From: a virus
Reading direction: 5' to 3' (one strand)
Length of the DNA: 64,000 bases
IMG/VR virus record: IMGVR_UViG_3300033049_000020
Location: 88,465-152,464 of that record
In this document: piece by piece, positions 1 to 8,244 of the stretch
Layout: the number at the start of each line of letters is the position of its first letter
Numbering within the stretch: position 1 is the stretch's first letter
The notes under the pieces: generated by a model
What the model was told of the DNA's origin: nothing
Databases searched by the model: none
What the model saw: only the letters and a program-made list of their open reading frames with translations
Translations under genes and position numbers: made by a program

Positions 1-1
1 C

Positions 2-415
2 TTGTTACTTAGTATGAGCACAAAGTCTATGGGTACTATACTTAGAGAGCTAATGGCTGACGGAATGGATGAGGAAGATGCTGCGGATTTAGCTTTCGAA
101 TTAAAACATGGTATGATGTCCGAATCTAAAAAGAAAATCGCTTACCGATTACTTAATTTTGGTTGTAATGAACATTCAGTTAAAAATCCGATAACTAGAG
201 CATACTTTGAAGCTGTCAAAGAAGGTAAACTGAGAGATGTAGTTAGAGACTTCTGGAGATTCGACAGTTATATGTACCCAACTGGTAGATTTTACGATAT
301 TATCGGTACGTCTCCACAATGTGGAGACGCTATATCGGTTAAAAGAGTATTGGAAGCCGCATTGGTAGCAGTAGCCCCACAAGTAGCTCAAGAAGAGGAA
401 TACGCAAACGAATGA
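2..415 (+). CDS. Hypothetical phage protein (probably 5'-truncated)
   Basis: ORF at the window edge, coupled to the next ORF by an ATGA overlap. Confidence 0.6.
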   Translation: MLLSMSTKSMGTILRELMADGMDEEDAADLAFELKHGMMSESKKKIAYRLLNFGCNEHSVKNPITRAYFEAVKEGKLRDVVRDFWRFDSYMYPTGRFYDIIGTSPQCGDAISVKRVLEAALVAVAPQVAQEEEYANE

Positions 416-1122
416 AAAAAAATTTAAAAACATCAAAAGAGTGGGAAGAGTTAGTTCCCAAAAGATTTAAATTGCAAATCCTAGACCCAGATGGTTGGGA
501 TAGAAGTAACTATGAATTCTCCTTTCATGAGGAGTTGATTACGTGGGAGCAATTCCGTAACAGGATGTCTTATTCTACGTGCATTGTACATGCCGATATT
601 CATAAGTGGGATGGTTTAATATTTCGGGAGGAATTAGAAGAAAACGGATGGAAAGAAGAAGAAGGATTGTGGCGTCACGAAACGTTCGGTGCAGAAGGAT
701 TGATGTACGATGAGGCGGTACCAAACCTACCATCACAAAATGAAATACCAGAAGGCTGGATGGATTGGAATAATCAGTCAATGGACTTCTATGTAAGTGT
801 ACTTGGGGGGTGGCAATTCCAAAGTAGTGGAGAAGCTAAAGCTATATGCAAATTGATAGCGTTCTATGAAGCCAACAAGGATAGAGACCCAAACCGAACA
901 GAAACGGAACTATACTCAATCAAAGACGAGTGGGTGCGACATAACGCTAAAACAGATAGAGTAATTGCAGAAGGAACTAATCGTATAAATGGAATGTTCA
1001 CAATGGAAGAAGCTCAAGCGTATGTAGCTAAACAAGATGAGAGGGTAGAACTAGAGAAGTTCAACCAATATAGGTTACACTCTTTTATAATAGAAGAAAT
1101 CACCAGTAAACCATTAGTATAA
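412..1122 (+). CDS. Hypothetical phage protein
   Basis: 236 aa ORF in a tightly packed + strand run. Confidence 0.7.
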   Translation: MKKNLKTSKEWEELVPKRFKLQILDPDGWDRSNYEFSFHEELITWEQFRNRMSYSTCIVHADIHKWDGLIFREELEENGWKEEEGLWRHETFGAEGLMYDEAVPNLPSQNEIPEGWMDWNNQSMDFYVSVLGGWQFQSSGEAKAICKLIAFYEANKDRDPNRTETELYSIKDEWVRHNAKTDRVIAEGTNRINGMFTMEEAQAYVAKQDERVELEKFNQYRLHSFIIEEITSKPLV

Positions 1123-1123
1123 G

Positions 1124-1360
1124 ATGGACTTAGAAAAACAATGGAACGACTTACGTAACGATGGTAAATTATTATCATATATTGAGGATAAGTTTGACCA
1201 CTATAAAGAACTTGGCTATCAAGTAAGTGCCTTCATAAGCTCTTCTTATATTAGTATTGGAGATGAGAGTATCACAGGCAACAAATCCATGTACCACGAA
1301 TTAAAGAGTATTCATGATATGGATGCGTACTTAAAAGATAAAGAGGAAAGTCAACCATGA
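1124..1360 (+). CDS. Hypothetical protein
   Basis: Packed ORF with ATGA coupling. Confidence 0.6.
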   Translation: MDLEKQWNDLRNDGKLLSYIEDKFDHYKELGYQVSAFISSSYISIGDESITGNKSMYHELKSIHDMDAYLKDKEESQP

Positions 1361-1677
1361 ACAAACTACACGCAAGAAAAATAAGTGAAACCATACCTGA
1401 TGTTGCAATATTCAACATGCTGGAACGTGCTAAGACTGAGGTAAAGGATTGGTCGGTTCCATGTAAGGTGAATGGTCAGATAAGTAGGGGACATTTCTGG
1501 AACATGTTCGCATGTCAACTTAAAGCTCCAGATTTTGAAATCGTGAGTAGTATGGTTAAGTATAGTCTTATATATGAGTTCGGTGACCTACTTCCAAAGG
1601 AGTACCAACCACCCAAAAAGAAAAAAGGTAAGGAGTTACCATTAAACTATATTCATTCAGAACCAAAATTTAACTAA
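1357..1677 (+). CDS. Hypothetical protein
   Basis: Packed ORF with overlapping start/stop. Confidence 0.65.
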   Translation: MNKLHARKISETIPDVAIFNMLERAKTEVKDWSVPCKVNGQISRGHFWNMFACQLKAPDFEIVSSMVKYSLIYEFGDLLPKEYQPPKKKKGKELPLNYIHSEPKFN

Positions 1678-2174
1678 TGGAAACAGATGGAGATTACGAT
1701 ACTGGATGGGATGAATCAGAAGATACTGAACTAGAAGCATGGGATGTAGAAACGGATTCTGAAGACCCAGAATTTGAAACTGGTAAGGAACCAAATAAGG
1801 ATATTGATTATTTATACATTCTTGGTGAGGCTTGGCCAGTATATCCGCAAGGTATCACCACTATTTTCGAAGATAAATATGAAAGACCTCATATTGTATC
1901 TAGAGAGCAATTTGATGCTATTCACACCAAATACTCTTGTATAGATATTGATGATGAGGTAACGGCTATCGATATAGTCAAAATTGGAAACACATCTTAC
2001 GAATTTACCATTAAAGAACTTAATATCAGATGTCGCTCTAACTATCCTTGGGCATTCTTTGAGAACACTCCAGAGAATAGACCGAAAATCAATGAGTACT
2101 ATAGACAGAAAAAGAATAGAGAAGAGTTGGCTGAAATAGTTGAAGTATTAAGAAACGATATTGCACAACTATGA
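1677..2174 (+). CDS. Hypothetical protein, acidic N-terminus
   Basis: Packed ORF with TAATG coupling. Confidence 0.65.
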   Translation: METDGDYDTGWDESEDTELEAWDVETDSEDPEFETGKEPNKDIDYLYILGEAWPVYPQGITTIFEDKYERPHIVSREQFDAIHTKYSCIDIDDEVTAIDIVKIGNTSYEFTIKELNIRCRSNYPWAFFENTPENRPKINEYYRQKKNREELAEIVEVLRNDIAQL

Positions 2175-2380
2175 ACGAAGAAGTTACCCACTTCAATTAT
2201 TGTATAGCTAGACCATGGAAAAATAATCCAAATAGTCTATCCGCATACGCTTTAGGTACTCAATTATTTTATGGTACTATGGAGGAGGCTGAAGACACAA
2301 GAGCGAATATAAGTAAACGAGCTGGAAAAGAATATGAAATCTATAAGCTTGATAATCAACCACTTATGAGAAAACCTTAA
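2171..2380 (+). CDS. Hypothetical protein
   Basis: Packed ORF with ATGA coupling. Confidence 0.55.
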   Translation: MNEEVTHFNYCIARPWKNNPNSLSAYALGTQLFYGTMEEAEDTRANISKRAGKEYEIYKLDNQPLMRKP

Positions 2381-2397
2381 AATATTTTACAAAAGAC

Positions 2398-2428
2398 TTG
2401 TATTATCCAAATACTTTTCGTATCTTTG
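2398..2428 (+). promoter_or_regulatory. Bacteroidetes-type sigma-A promoter of tRNA operon 1
   Basis: TTG (2398) ... TATCTTTG (2421-2428) matches the -33/-7 TTTG/TAnnTTTG consensus. Confidence 0.8.
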
Positions 2429-2459
2429 TACTATATTTAATAGAAAGACATAAACAGTT

Positions 2460-2528
2460 ATGAGAAACTTTAACGACATATTCGAATTCAACTTTGCCGC
2501 ATTTGCGGAGGAGGATGATTGCATCTAG
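2460..2528 (+). CDS. Attenuator leader peptide MRNFNDIFEFNFAAFAEEDDCI
   Basis: 22-codon ORF (ATG 2460, TAG 2526-2528) between promoter and terminator; 5 Phe, 3 Glu, 3 Ala, 3 Asp codons. Confidence 0.8.
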   Translation: MRNFNDIFEFNFAAFAEEDDCI

Positions 2529-2530
2529 AT

Positions 2531-2604
2531 GCCAAAGGATATGTTGTAAACGAAACTCAATACGATATACAAAACCTTTGGCTAACCAGTCAAAGGTTTT
2601 TTTT
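2531..2604 (+). terminator. Attenuator: antiterminator overlapping an intrinsic terminator
   Basis: Terminator AAAACCTTTGGCT-AACC-AGTCAAAGGTTTTTTTT (2571-2604); competing helix GCCAAAGG (2531-38)/CCTTTGGC (2575-82) extended by TATGTTGTA/TACGATATA. Confidence 0.8.
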
Positions 2605-2698
2605 ATGCCTTAAAATTAAAATATGCGACCTAAGCTAACTTGGTAGAAGCACTGGCTTGAAACCCTTCTTTCTAATAGAAGTAAAACAATTAGAGTGA

Positions 2699-2710
2699 GT
2701 TCTTTGACAT
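2699..2710 (+). promoter_or_regulatory. boxA-like antitermination site (also 3447-3458, 15846-15856, 21373-21384)
   Basis: GTTCTTTGACAT / GTTCTTTGAAA resembles rRNA-operon boxA; always upstream of RNA genes. Confidence 0.6.
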
Positions 2711-2721
2711 CTTGGTTAAAT

Positions 2722-2795
2722 GGGGTAGTGGTAGAGTTGGTCAATTGCGTTCGGTTGAAGCCCGAAAGATGTAGGTTCGATTCCTACCTGCCTCA
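2722..2795 (+). tRNA. tRNA-Phe(GAA)
   Basis: Acceptor GGGGTAG/CTGCCTC; TTCGG-TTGAAGC-CCGAA; GTAGG-TTCGATT-CCTAC. Confidence 0.85.
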
Positions 2796-2859
2796 CAAAA
2801 GTTTGAACTATTTTTACACTTTTCAGTCTTTGTTGATATTTATATTAAACGATGATATT

Positions 2860-3276
2860 ATGGAAAAGAAAATTTGTACACGATGTGAAGATAGTAAAGA
2901 GTTAGACGACTTCAGTTGGAAGAGTAAAGTAAAAGGGACTAAACAGTCTAAGTGTAAAGTATGTATGCGTGAGTTGGATAAGATAAAATACGCTAATGAT
3001 ACTGAAAGGAGAAGAAGAATAAGGGAAACCGCAAAACTGGCTTATATTAGGAATCGTGATTTTGTGCGGAGAGTAAAAAGGTTGGGTAGCTGCTCTGAAT
3101 GTGTAGAAGATAGGTGGTATTGTTTAGACTTCCATCATTGTGGAGATAAAGAGTTTGAACTTAGTGATATGGTACATTCTGGGTATTCCATTATTAAGAT
3201 TAAAAAGGAAATTAGAAAATGTAAGCTTCTATGTGCTAATTGTCATAGAGAAGAACATTACCAGAATGGTTATTGA
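2860..3276 (+). CDS. HNH homing endonuclease with N-terminal Cys/Zn domain
   Basis: CxxC ... LDFHH ... C.LLCANCHREEH; likely start ATG 2860, since the track start at 2695 overlaps a tRNA. Confidence 0.8.
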   Translation: MEKKICTRCEDSKELDDFSWKSKVKGTKQSKCKVCMRELDKIKYANDTERRRRIRETAKLAYIRNRDFVRRVKRLGSCSECVEDRWYCLDFHHCGDKEFELSDMVHSGYSIIKIKKEIRKCKLLCANCHREEHYQNGY

Positions 3277-3312
3277 CGCGGTTCGAAACTGGTAGGTCGC
3301 ACCAAAACATAC

Positions 3313-3385
3313 GTGACAGTAGCTCAGTTGGTAGAGCATCGCCCTGAAGAGGCGAGTGTCGGGGGTTCGAGACCCTCTTGTCACA
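3313..3385 (+). tRNA. tRNA-Phe(GAA)
   Basis: GTGACAG/TTGTCAC; canonical D arm; TCGCC-CTGAAGA-GGCGA. Confidence 0.9.
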
Positions 3386-3549
3386 CAGCTAATATTTTAG
3401 CCAGAAATAGCTAAAATAGAGGTAAATAGTTAATATATTAGCTATTGTTCTTTGACATCTTGGTTAAATGGTGCTGTATGCAAGCGGTTCAACGCAGCAA
3501 TTTGACATTTTCTAAATGTTTAGTATATTTATATTAAAATAGATATATT

Positions 3550-4176
3550 ATGGTAAGAAAATGGAGAGAAAAGGAAATTGAGTTTTTAAAGCTTAATTAT
3601 GGTGCTAATGGTTGTAAATACGTTTGTGAAAAATTAAATAGAGGTAGAGGTAGTGTACAGAAAAAGGCTAAAGTCTTCAACCTGAAAGTAGATAGGAAAA
3701 AAATTTATTATTCAGTGGAAGTTGTTAGTAGAATAGTCAGTGAAAGTATGTCGATGAAGGATGTGGTGTTGGCATTAGGTAAAAGTGTTAGTGGTAAACA
3801 ATATAAGGTAATAAAAAAGTTTATAGATGATAATAGTATTGACGATACACATTTTAATCCTTACCACTTAAATAAAACTAATTTAAAAATTGGTAGAGTC
3901 ACATATCCAATTGACCATTGGCTTAAGAACGGTTCTAATATTAGTAGTTCTAACTTAAAGGTTAAACTATATAAAGAAGGTCTGAAGAAGAGGGATTGCG
4001 AAATGTGTGGGCAAGGTGAAGAATGGTTAGGTAAAAAAATGAGTTTAATACTTGACCATATTAATGGGGTGAATGATGATAATAGGTTGGATAACTTAAG
4101 GATTGTTTGCCCTAATTGTAACGCTACCTTGGAAACCCATTGTAGAGGTAGTAAGGGATTAAAACAACGTGCGTAA
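3550..4176 (+). CDS. HNH homing endonuclease
   Basis: CEMCG ... LDHINGVNDDNRLDNLRIVCPNCNA. Confidence 0.9.
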   Translation: MVRKWREKEIEFLKLNYGANGCKYVCEKLNRGRGSVQKKAKVFNLKVDRKKIYYSVEVVSRIVSESMSMKDVVLALGKSVSGKQYKVIKKFIDDNSIDDTHFNPYHLNKTNLKIGRVTYPIDHWLKNGSNISSSNLKVKLYKEGLKKRDCEMCGQGEEWLGKKMSLILDHINGVNDDNRLDNLRIVCPNCNATLETHCRGSKGLKQRA

Positions 4177-4250
4177 TGCAATTGGGTGCGCAACTGGGCT
4201 TTCACCCCAGCTACATTGTTAGAGAGTGGGTTCGATTCCCACACGCATGA
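4168..4250 (+). tRNA. tRNA-Glu(TTC), long variable region
   Basis: CGTGCGT/ACGCATG; CTGGG-CTTTCAC-CCCAG; overlaps the HNH stop codon. Confidence 0.75.
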
Positions 4251-4444
4251 CTATACAACCTTGTGTCTATATGACTTCGAGGGTTCGAATCCCTTCGGCA
4301 CTACATTATTGGTGTTCCAAATTGACCTAAAATTGAGTGTTTTGGAACACCAATAACCAGCCAAAACTACCTGTTTTAGGGTACATTTGGCTGGTTATAG
4401 AACGCGGAATGTACTTAAATGTGGTAGATTCCGAGAAATATCAC

Positions 4445-4517
4445 CGCCCGTTGGTCTATCGGTTAGGACGTCTGGTTTTCAACCAGAAGGTGATGGGTTC
4501 AATTCCCATACGGGTGA
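4445..4517 (+). tRNA. tRNA-Glu(TTC)
   Basis: CGCCCGT/ACGGGTG; TCTGG-TTTTCAA-CCAGA. Confidence 0.85.
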
Positions 4518-4519
4518 CC

Positions 4520-4543
4520 TTGACAATCTGGAAAGACAGATAA
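4520..4543 (+). repeat. 24-nt inter-tRNA repeat TTGACAATCTGGAAAGACAGATAA (second copy 5909-5932)
   Basis: Exact repeat; boxA-like TTGACA followed by the hairpin ATCTG-GAAAGA-CAGAT. Confidence 0.7.
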
Positions 4544-4547
4544 TTAT

Positions 4548-4624
4548 GGGGGATGGGACTGCTTTGGAGTGGTCACCTCACTTGCAATGAGGAAATCAGA
4601 TGGGTTCGAATCCCATATCCTCCA
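4548..4624 (+). tRNA. tRNA-Ala(TGC)
   Basis: G3:U70 pair; CCTCA-CTTGCAA-TGAGG. Confidence 0.85.
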
Positions 4625-4689
4625 CTCAATGTGGGACTTTGATTTACTTTTTCTCCACTTTGCGTATATTTATAATAAAGACTAAATAA

Positions 4690-5469
4690 ATGGCTAAGTG
4701 TAAGAATATTGAGTGTAAAAATAATACAGAAGGTAAACGAGTTTATTGTTCGTTACAGTGTAGGAACTATTATGTTAACAAATATATTAGGGACTACAAT
4801 AAAAATAGCAAGGGGCTTGCCAAAGACGCTAAGAAAGTTTATGAGGACAACCCTAAATATTGCTTAAACCCTAATTGCGGAGAGAAGATAACATATAAGA
4901 AAAGAAGGAACCAATATTGTAATAGCTCATGTCAGGCGTCTGTTACGGGTGTAGGTAGAATTGTTAGCGAAAGTACTAGGGAAAAGCATAGATTAAGTAG
5001 GTTAAAACAAATTGGTGATTACAAAAAGGTTGATTGTAAATGGTGTGGTTCAGAACTATTAGTTATGAATAGAAGACTATATTGTGATTCAGAATGTAGA
5101 AGAAAATATAATCGTAAGAATATGGATGAGTTCTTAATCTACAAAGCTGACACAAAATTCGGTTTTAATTTGGGTGATTATCCTAAAGAATTTAATTTTG
5201 GGCTGATAGAGGAACACGGTTGGTACTCACCAACCAATTCAAGAAAGCCTAATATTGGTGGTATAAGTAGAGACCACATGTTATCAGTTAGAGAAGGGTT
5301 TAATAGTGGGATAGACCCAAAATTATTGAGTCATCCAGCCAATTGTAAATTGATGATTCATGGTGATAATATTAGTAAGAATAAGAAATCTAGTATAACA
5401 GAAGAAGAATTAAAGGAAAGGATTAAAGAATGGAATAAGAAATATGGGGCTATGGTGACAACTGGCTAA
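4690..5469 (+). CDS. HNH-like homing endonuclease with Cys-rich repeats
   Basis: Repeated C..C...YC...C motifs; C-terminal SRDH...HPANCKLM...NISK. Confidence 0.7.
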   Translation: MAKCKNIECKNNTEGKRVYCSLQCRNYYVNKYIRDYNKNSKGLAKDAKKVYEDNPKYCLNPNCGEKITYKKRRNQYCNSSCQASVTGVGRIVSESTREKHRLSRLKQIGDYKKVDCKWCGSELLVMNRRLYCDSECRRKYNRKNMDEFLIYKADTKFGFNLGDYPKEFNFGLIEEHGWYSPTNSRKPNIGGISRDHMLSVREGFNSGIDPKLLSHPANCKLMIHGDNISKNKKSSITEEELKERIKEWNKKYGAMVTTG

Positions 5470-5519
5470 CACGTTGCTTTTGCAAGGCAGAGATGGGGTA
5501 TCGTACACCCCTAGCTCCA
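5446..5519 (+). tRNA. tRNA-Ala(TGC), atypical T loop
   Basis: GGGGCTA/TAGCTCC with G3:U70; loop TTTGCAA; T loop ATCGTAC. Confidence 0.75.
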
Positions 5520-5544
5520 CTTATTAACTTAAAAATGAAGTAAA

Positions 5545-5814
5545 ATGAGACTTACAGAGAAAAGAGAAATGCTTATGAAATTGGGTGAGAACCTAATGAG
5601 TAAAGGTGGTAAGCTAACACTTAACTTCACCAACGGTAGTATGAGGTATACGGAGCTTATAGCTTCTGAACAGTATCACTATCAAAGTGACAAACGATAT
5701 GTCGAAATATCGGCTATGGTTCATTTCAGTGAACCAAACGTCTACAGGGTAATACCTATAGGCACTAATACAATTAGTTTTGTACTGGAAACACTTCTGA
5801 GTAACTCCAAGTAA
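5545..5814 (+). CDS. Hypothetical protein
   Basis: ORF between tRNAs. Confidence 0.55.
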   Translation: MRLTEKREMLMKLGENLMSKGGKLTLNFTNGSMRYTELIASEQYHYQSDKRYVEISAMVHFSEPNVYRVIPIGTNTISFVLETLLSNSK

Positions 5815-5833
5815 CCGCTTGGCATCAGTAATT

Positions 5834-5905
5834 GGTCTTGAAGCACAATGGCTGTGCAACTCGTTGTCTGCGAGAAAGTTGCGAGTTCGAATCTCGTCAG
5901 GACCG
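5834..5905 (+). tRNA. tRNA-Asp(GTC)
   Basis: GGTCTTG/CAGGACC, G73; loop TTGTCTG. Confidence 0.8.
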
Positions 5906-5934
5906 CCTTTGACAATCTGGAAAGACAGATAAAT

Positions 5935-6017
5935 GGATATGGCGCATAACGGCTGGTGTACCTGACTGTCACTCAGGTGTGTGTAACACGTAGTGGGTTC
6001 GACTCCCATCATATCTG
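5935..6017 (+). tRNA. tRNA-Asp(GTC), long variable arm
   Basis: GGATATG/CATATCT; CCTGA-CTGTCAC-TCAGG. Confidence 0.8.
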
Positions 6018-6053
6018 CCCTTGACTTTTTGGTACTTAGCCATATTTATATGT

Positions 6054-6695
6054 ATGAGGAAACCAAAAACGATACATTACCTTTACAAGACTACTTGTAA
6101 AGTAACAAATAGGTACTATGTAGGGATGCATAGTACCAACGACTTAGAAGACGGTTATATGGGTTCTGGAAGAAGGTTACGAGCCTCAATCAGGAAACAT
6201 GGTGAAGATAACCATACCAAAGAGATATTGGAGTTCTTTGATGATAGAGGACGACTGATAGAAGCAGAGAAGGAATCTATTACCTTAGACATGATTGATG
6301 ATAAGGATTGTATGAATCTGATGGGAGGTGGAACAGGTGGTTTCATCAGCGAAGACCAACAGAGGCATCGTTCAACGATTGCAGTGGAGAAGAGAGAAAA
6401 GAAGAGAGAGGACGACCCAGAGTGGGATAAAGAGTATAGACAAGCTCAATCCCTATCATTGATGAAGCAATATGAGAGTGGTAAGCGAGTATCCAAGCTC
6501 CCAAACTGGGAAGGTAGGAAACATTCAGAAATTACTAAAGAGAAGATGAGGGAGACTAAGAAGGGACAAGGCTCTGGCGAAACTAACTCTCAATACGGTA
6601 CTTGTTGGATAACCAAAGATGGTTCCAACAAGAAGATTAAGAAACAACTTCTTGATTCATTCCTTACTGAAGGATGGGTTAAAGGTAGAAAATAA
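6054..6695 (+). CDS. GIY-YIG (Seg-like) homing endonuclease with NUMOD3-like motif
   Basis: YLYKTT...YYVGMH...YMGSG; GRKHSEITKEKM. Confidence 0.85.
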   Translation: MRKPKTIHYLYKTTCKVTNRYYVGMHSTNDLEDGYMGSGRRLRASIRKHGEDNHTKEILEFFDDRGRLIEAEKESITLDMIDDKDCMNLMGGGTGGFISEDQQRHRSTIAVEKREKKREDDPEWDKEYRQAQSLSLMKQYESGKRVSKLPNWEGRKHSEITKEKMRETKKGQGSGETNSQYGTCWITKDGSNKKIKKQLLDSFLTEGWVKGRK

Positions 6696-6742
6696 TTTGG
6701 ATAGGTCGAATATTTTACGTATCTTTTACGTATCTTTGTAGG

Positions 6743-7009
6743 ATGAAAAGATTTAAGATAGGCGATACGTTCGTCAATAATGTAGACCATAGTAAGGTTA
6801 GTTCTAAAGGATATGACCATGCAGTTAACTACCTGCCATACACTTCAGAACCAGATGAAAGTTTGGAAACTATTGGTAAAACACAAACGGTTATAGATAT
6901 TGAAGATGGTGATACTATAATCACTGATTTTGTTTTATCATCTGGAGAAACGTACTGGTTTGAAAAGGATTCCTCATACGCAGAAAGTTGTAAAAAAATA
7001 CGAATGTAA
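6743..7009 (+). CDS. Hypothetical protein
   Basis: ORF directly after a TATCTTTG promoter. Confidence 0.6.
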   Translation: MKRFKIGDTFVNNVDHSKVSSKGYDHAVNYLPYTSEPDESLETIGKTQTVIDIEDGDTIITDFVLSSGETYWFEKDSSYAESCKKIRM

Positions 7010-7112
7010 GAGCAAGCTGTCGTGAGACGCTGTATTGGGTTCATTACCCGATAAGTCTACGGTTAAAGGTGGTACCATTGTTAACTTATAGGTGCAATTC
7101 CTATTACATTCG
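7002..7112 (+). ncRNA. Expanded tRNA-like RNA, CAT anticodon
   Basis: GAATGTA/TACATTC acceptor; ATTGGG-TTCATTA-CCCGAT; ATAGG-TGCAATT-CCTAT; oversized D and variable regions. Confidence 0.5.
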
Positions 7113-7203
7113 CTAAGGTTGAATACAGCAAACAAAAATTCCGAGAGATGTGCCCACGGGCACCCTTCCCGACCAAATTCCCGAAAGGGGTCAACCTACA
7201 TTC

Positions 7204-7275
7204 CGTCCTATGGTGTAACGGCTAACATGCTACCCTGTCACGGTGGCGCTAGGGGTTCGATTCCCCTTGGGACGG
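7204..7275 (+). tRNA. tRNA-Asp(GTC)
   Basis: CGTCCTA/TGGGACG, G73; CTACC-CTGTCAC-GGTGG. Confidence 0.85.
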
Positions 7276-7739
7276 CTCTGGAACTTTTGTACCTTAGCTA
7301 TATGAGGAAACAAAATGATGGTGTTTCAAGTAGAAAATAATTTGTAAATGTCAAATAAATTTTGTATCTTTGTATTATGAGTAGATATGAAGTAAGGGTA
7401 ATATGGTACGAGGGTGCCACTCAAACTGAAATAATCACAGGTAACCTAACCATGGGTAATAATTATTATCAGATAGTTGACGAAGATTTTAAGGACTGGT
7501 TCTTCCCAATGGGAAGAACCGTAATTCAAGAACTATGAAAGGATTTATATTTTGTATATGGATGTTTATGGATGTTTATAACACTTGTACTTGTACTTAG
7601 TCTTATAGGTTTGTGGGTGGTATTACCTACCACAACACATTACGTTGAAGGTCCGCCAAACATCATTAGAAGTGACTGGATGATATTAGGTGACAAATTA
7701 CTGGAAGCGGTATTAACGGATAAGAAATAAAACTGACAG

Positions 7740-7967
7740 ATGAAACTTAAGAAATTTATAAAGAACTTAGAAGCGTTCGCAAAGAAACATCCAGAAGCAT
7801 TGGAAATGACGGTAGTAACTGCCATTGATGATGAAGGTAACGGATTCAATGAGGTGTACTTTACTCCAATATTGGGATTCTACGAAGATAGAGAATTCAT
7901 GTCTGTTGAGAATATGGAGGAGTACGAAAGACCTCCATCTGACATCAACGCTGTCTGTGTGAACTAA
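7740..7967 (+). CDS. Hypothetical protein
   Basis: Small phage ORF with a DDEGNGF motif. Confidence 0.6.
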   Translation: MKLKKFIKNLEAFAKKHPEALEMTVVTAIDDEGNGFNEVYFTPILGFYEDREFMSVENMEEYERPPSDINAVCVN

Positions 7968-8188
7968 TGGGTAATAAGAAAATAAATAGGCTGCTTATCA
8001 ACATGAAGAACAAGATTGATATTATTAACGGTTCAATCAACATGGTTCATGAGATGAGGCGAGGAGAAACGATTACGTTAAATGGAATACACCGATTGGA
8101 AGTCGGGATGTCAGAGTCTACAACCAATGACGAGTACATCGGAATAATAGACAAGTTGATTGATGAGAGAGATAACCTTCAAAATTAG
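7967..8188 (+). CDS. Hypothetical protein
   Basis: TAATG coupling. Confidence 0.55.
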   Translation: MGNKKINRLLINMKNKIDIINGSINMVHEMRRGETITLNGIHRLEVGMSESTTNDEYIGIIDKLIDERDNLQN

Positions 8189-8244
8189 TTAACCGAATGG
8201 ATGGTTAAGTACGAATAACGCTTCTCTCTGTCATATTTACATAT

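Larger units (their letters stand above)
2625..3304 (+). pseudogene. Split tRNA-Phe(GAA): 5' part 2625-2665, 3' part about 3279-3304
   Basis: GCGACCT pairs with AGGTCGC-ACCA; D arm and TTGAAAC loop on the 5' side, GTTCGAAAC T-loop on the 3' side; interrupted by a tRNA+HNH cassette. Confidence 0.75.
3470..4303 (+). pseudogene. Split tRNA (probably Glu): 5' part 3470-3500, 3' part about 4256-4303
   Basis: GGTGCTG pairs with CGGCACT; anticodon stem CAA../CCTTG broken; GAGGG-TTCGAAT-CCCTT T arm; anticodon lost, so isotype is inferred. Confidence 0.7.

Noticed and set aside
2666-3278. Group I intron explanation for the split tRNAs
   Set aside because: No recognisable group I core; the inserts are fully accounted for by a tRNA plus an ORF; nucleotides of the outer tRNAs are missing.
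3388-4355. Palindromic inter-tRNA spacers (3388-3445, 4308-4354; also 22156-22182, 24189-24222) as MITEs
   Set aside because: Unrelated to each other in sequence and no target-site duplications; more likely processing stems.
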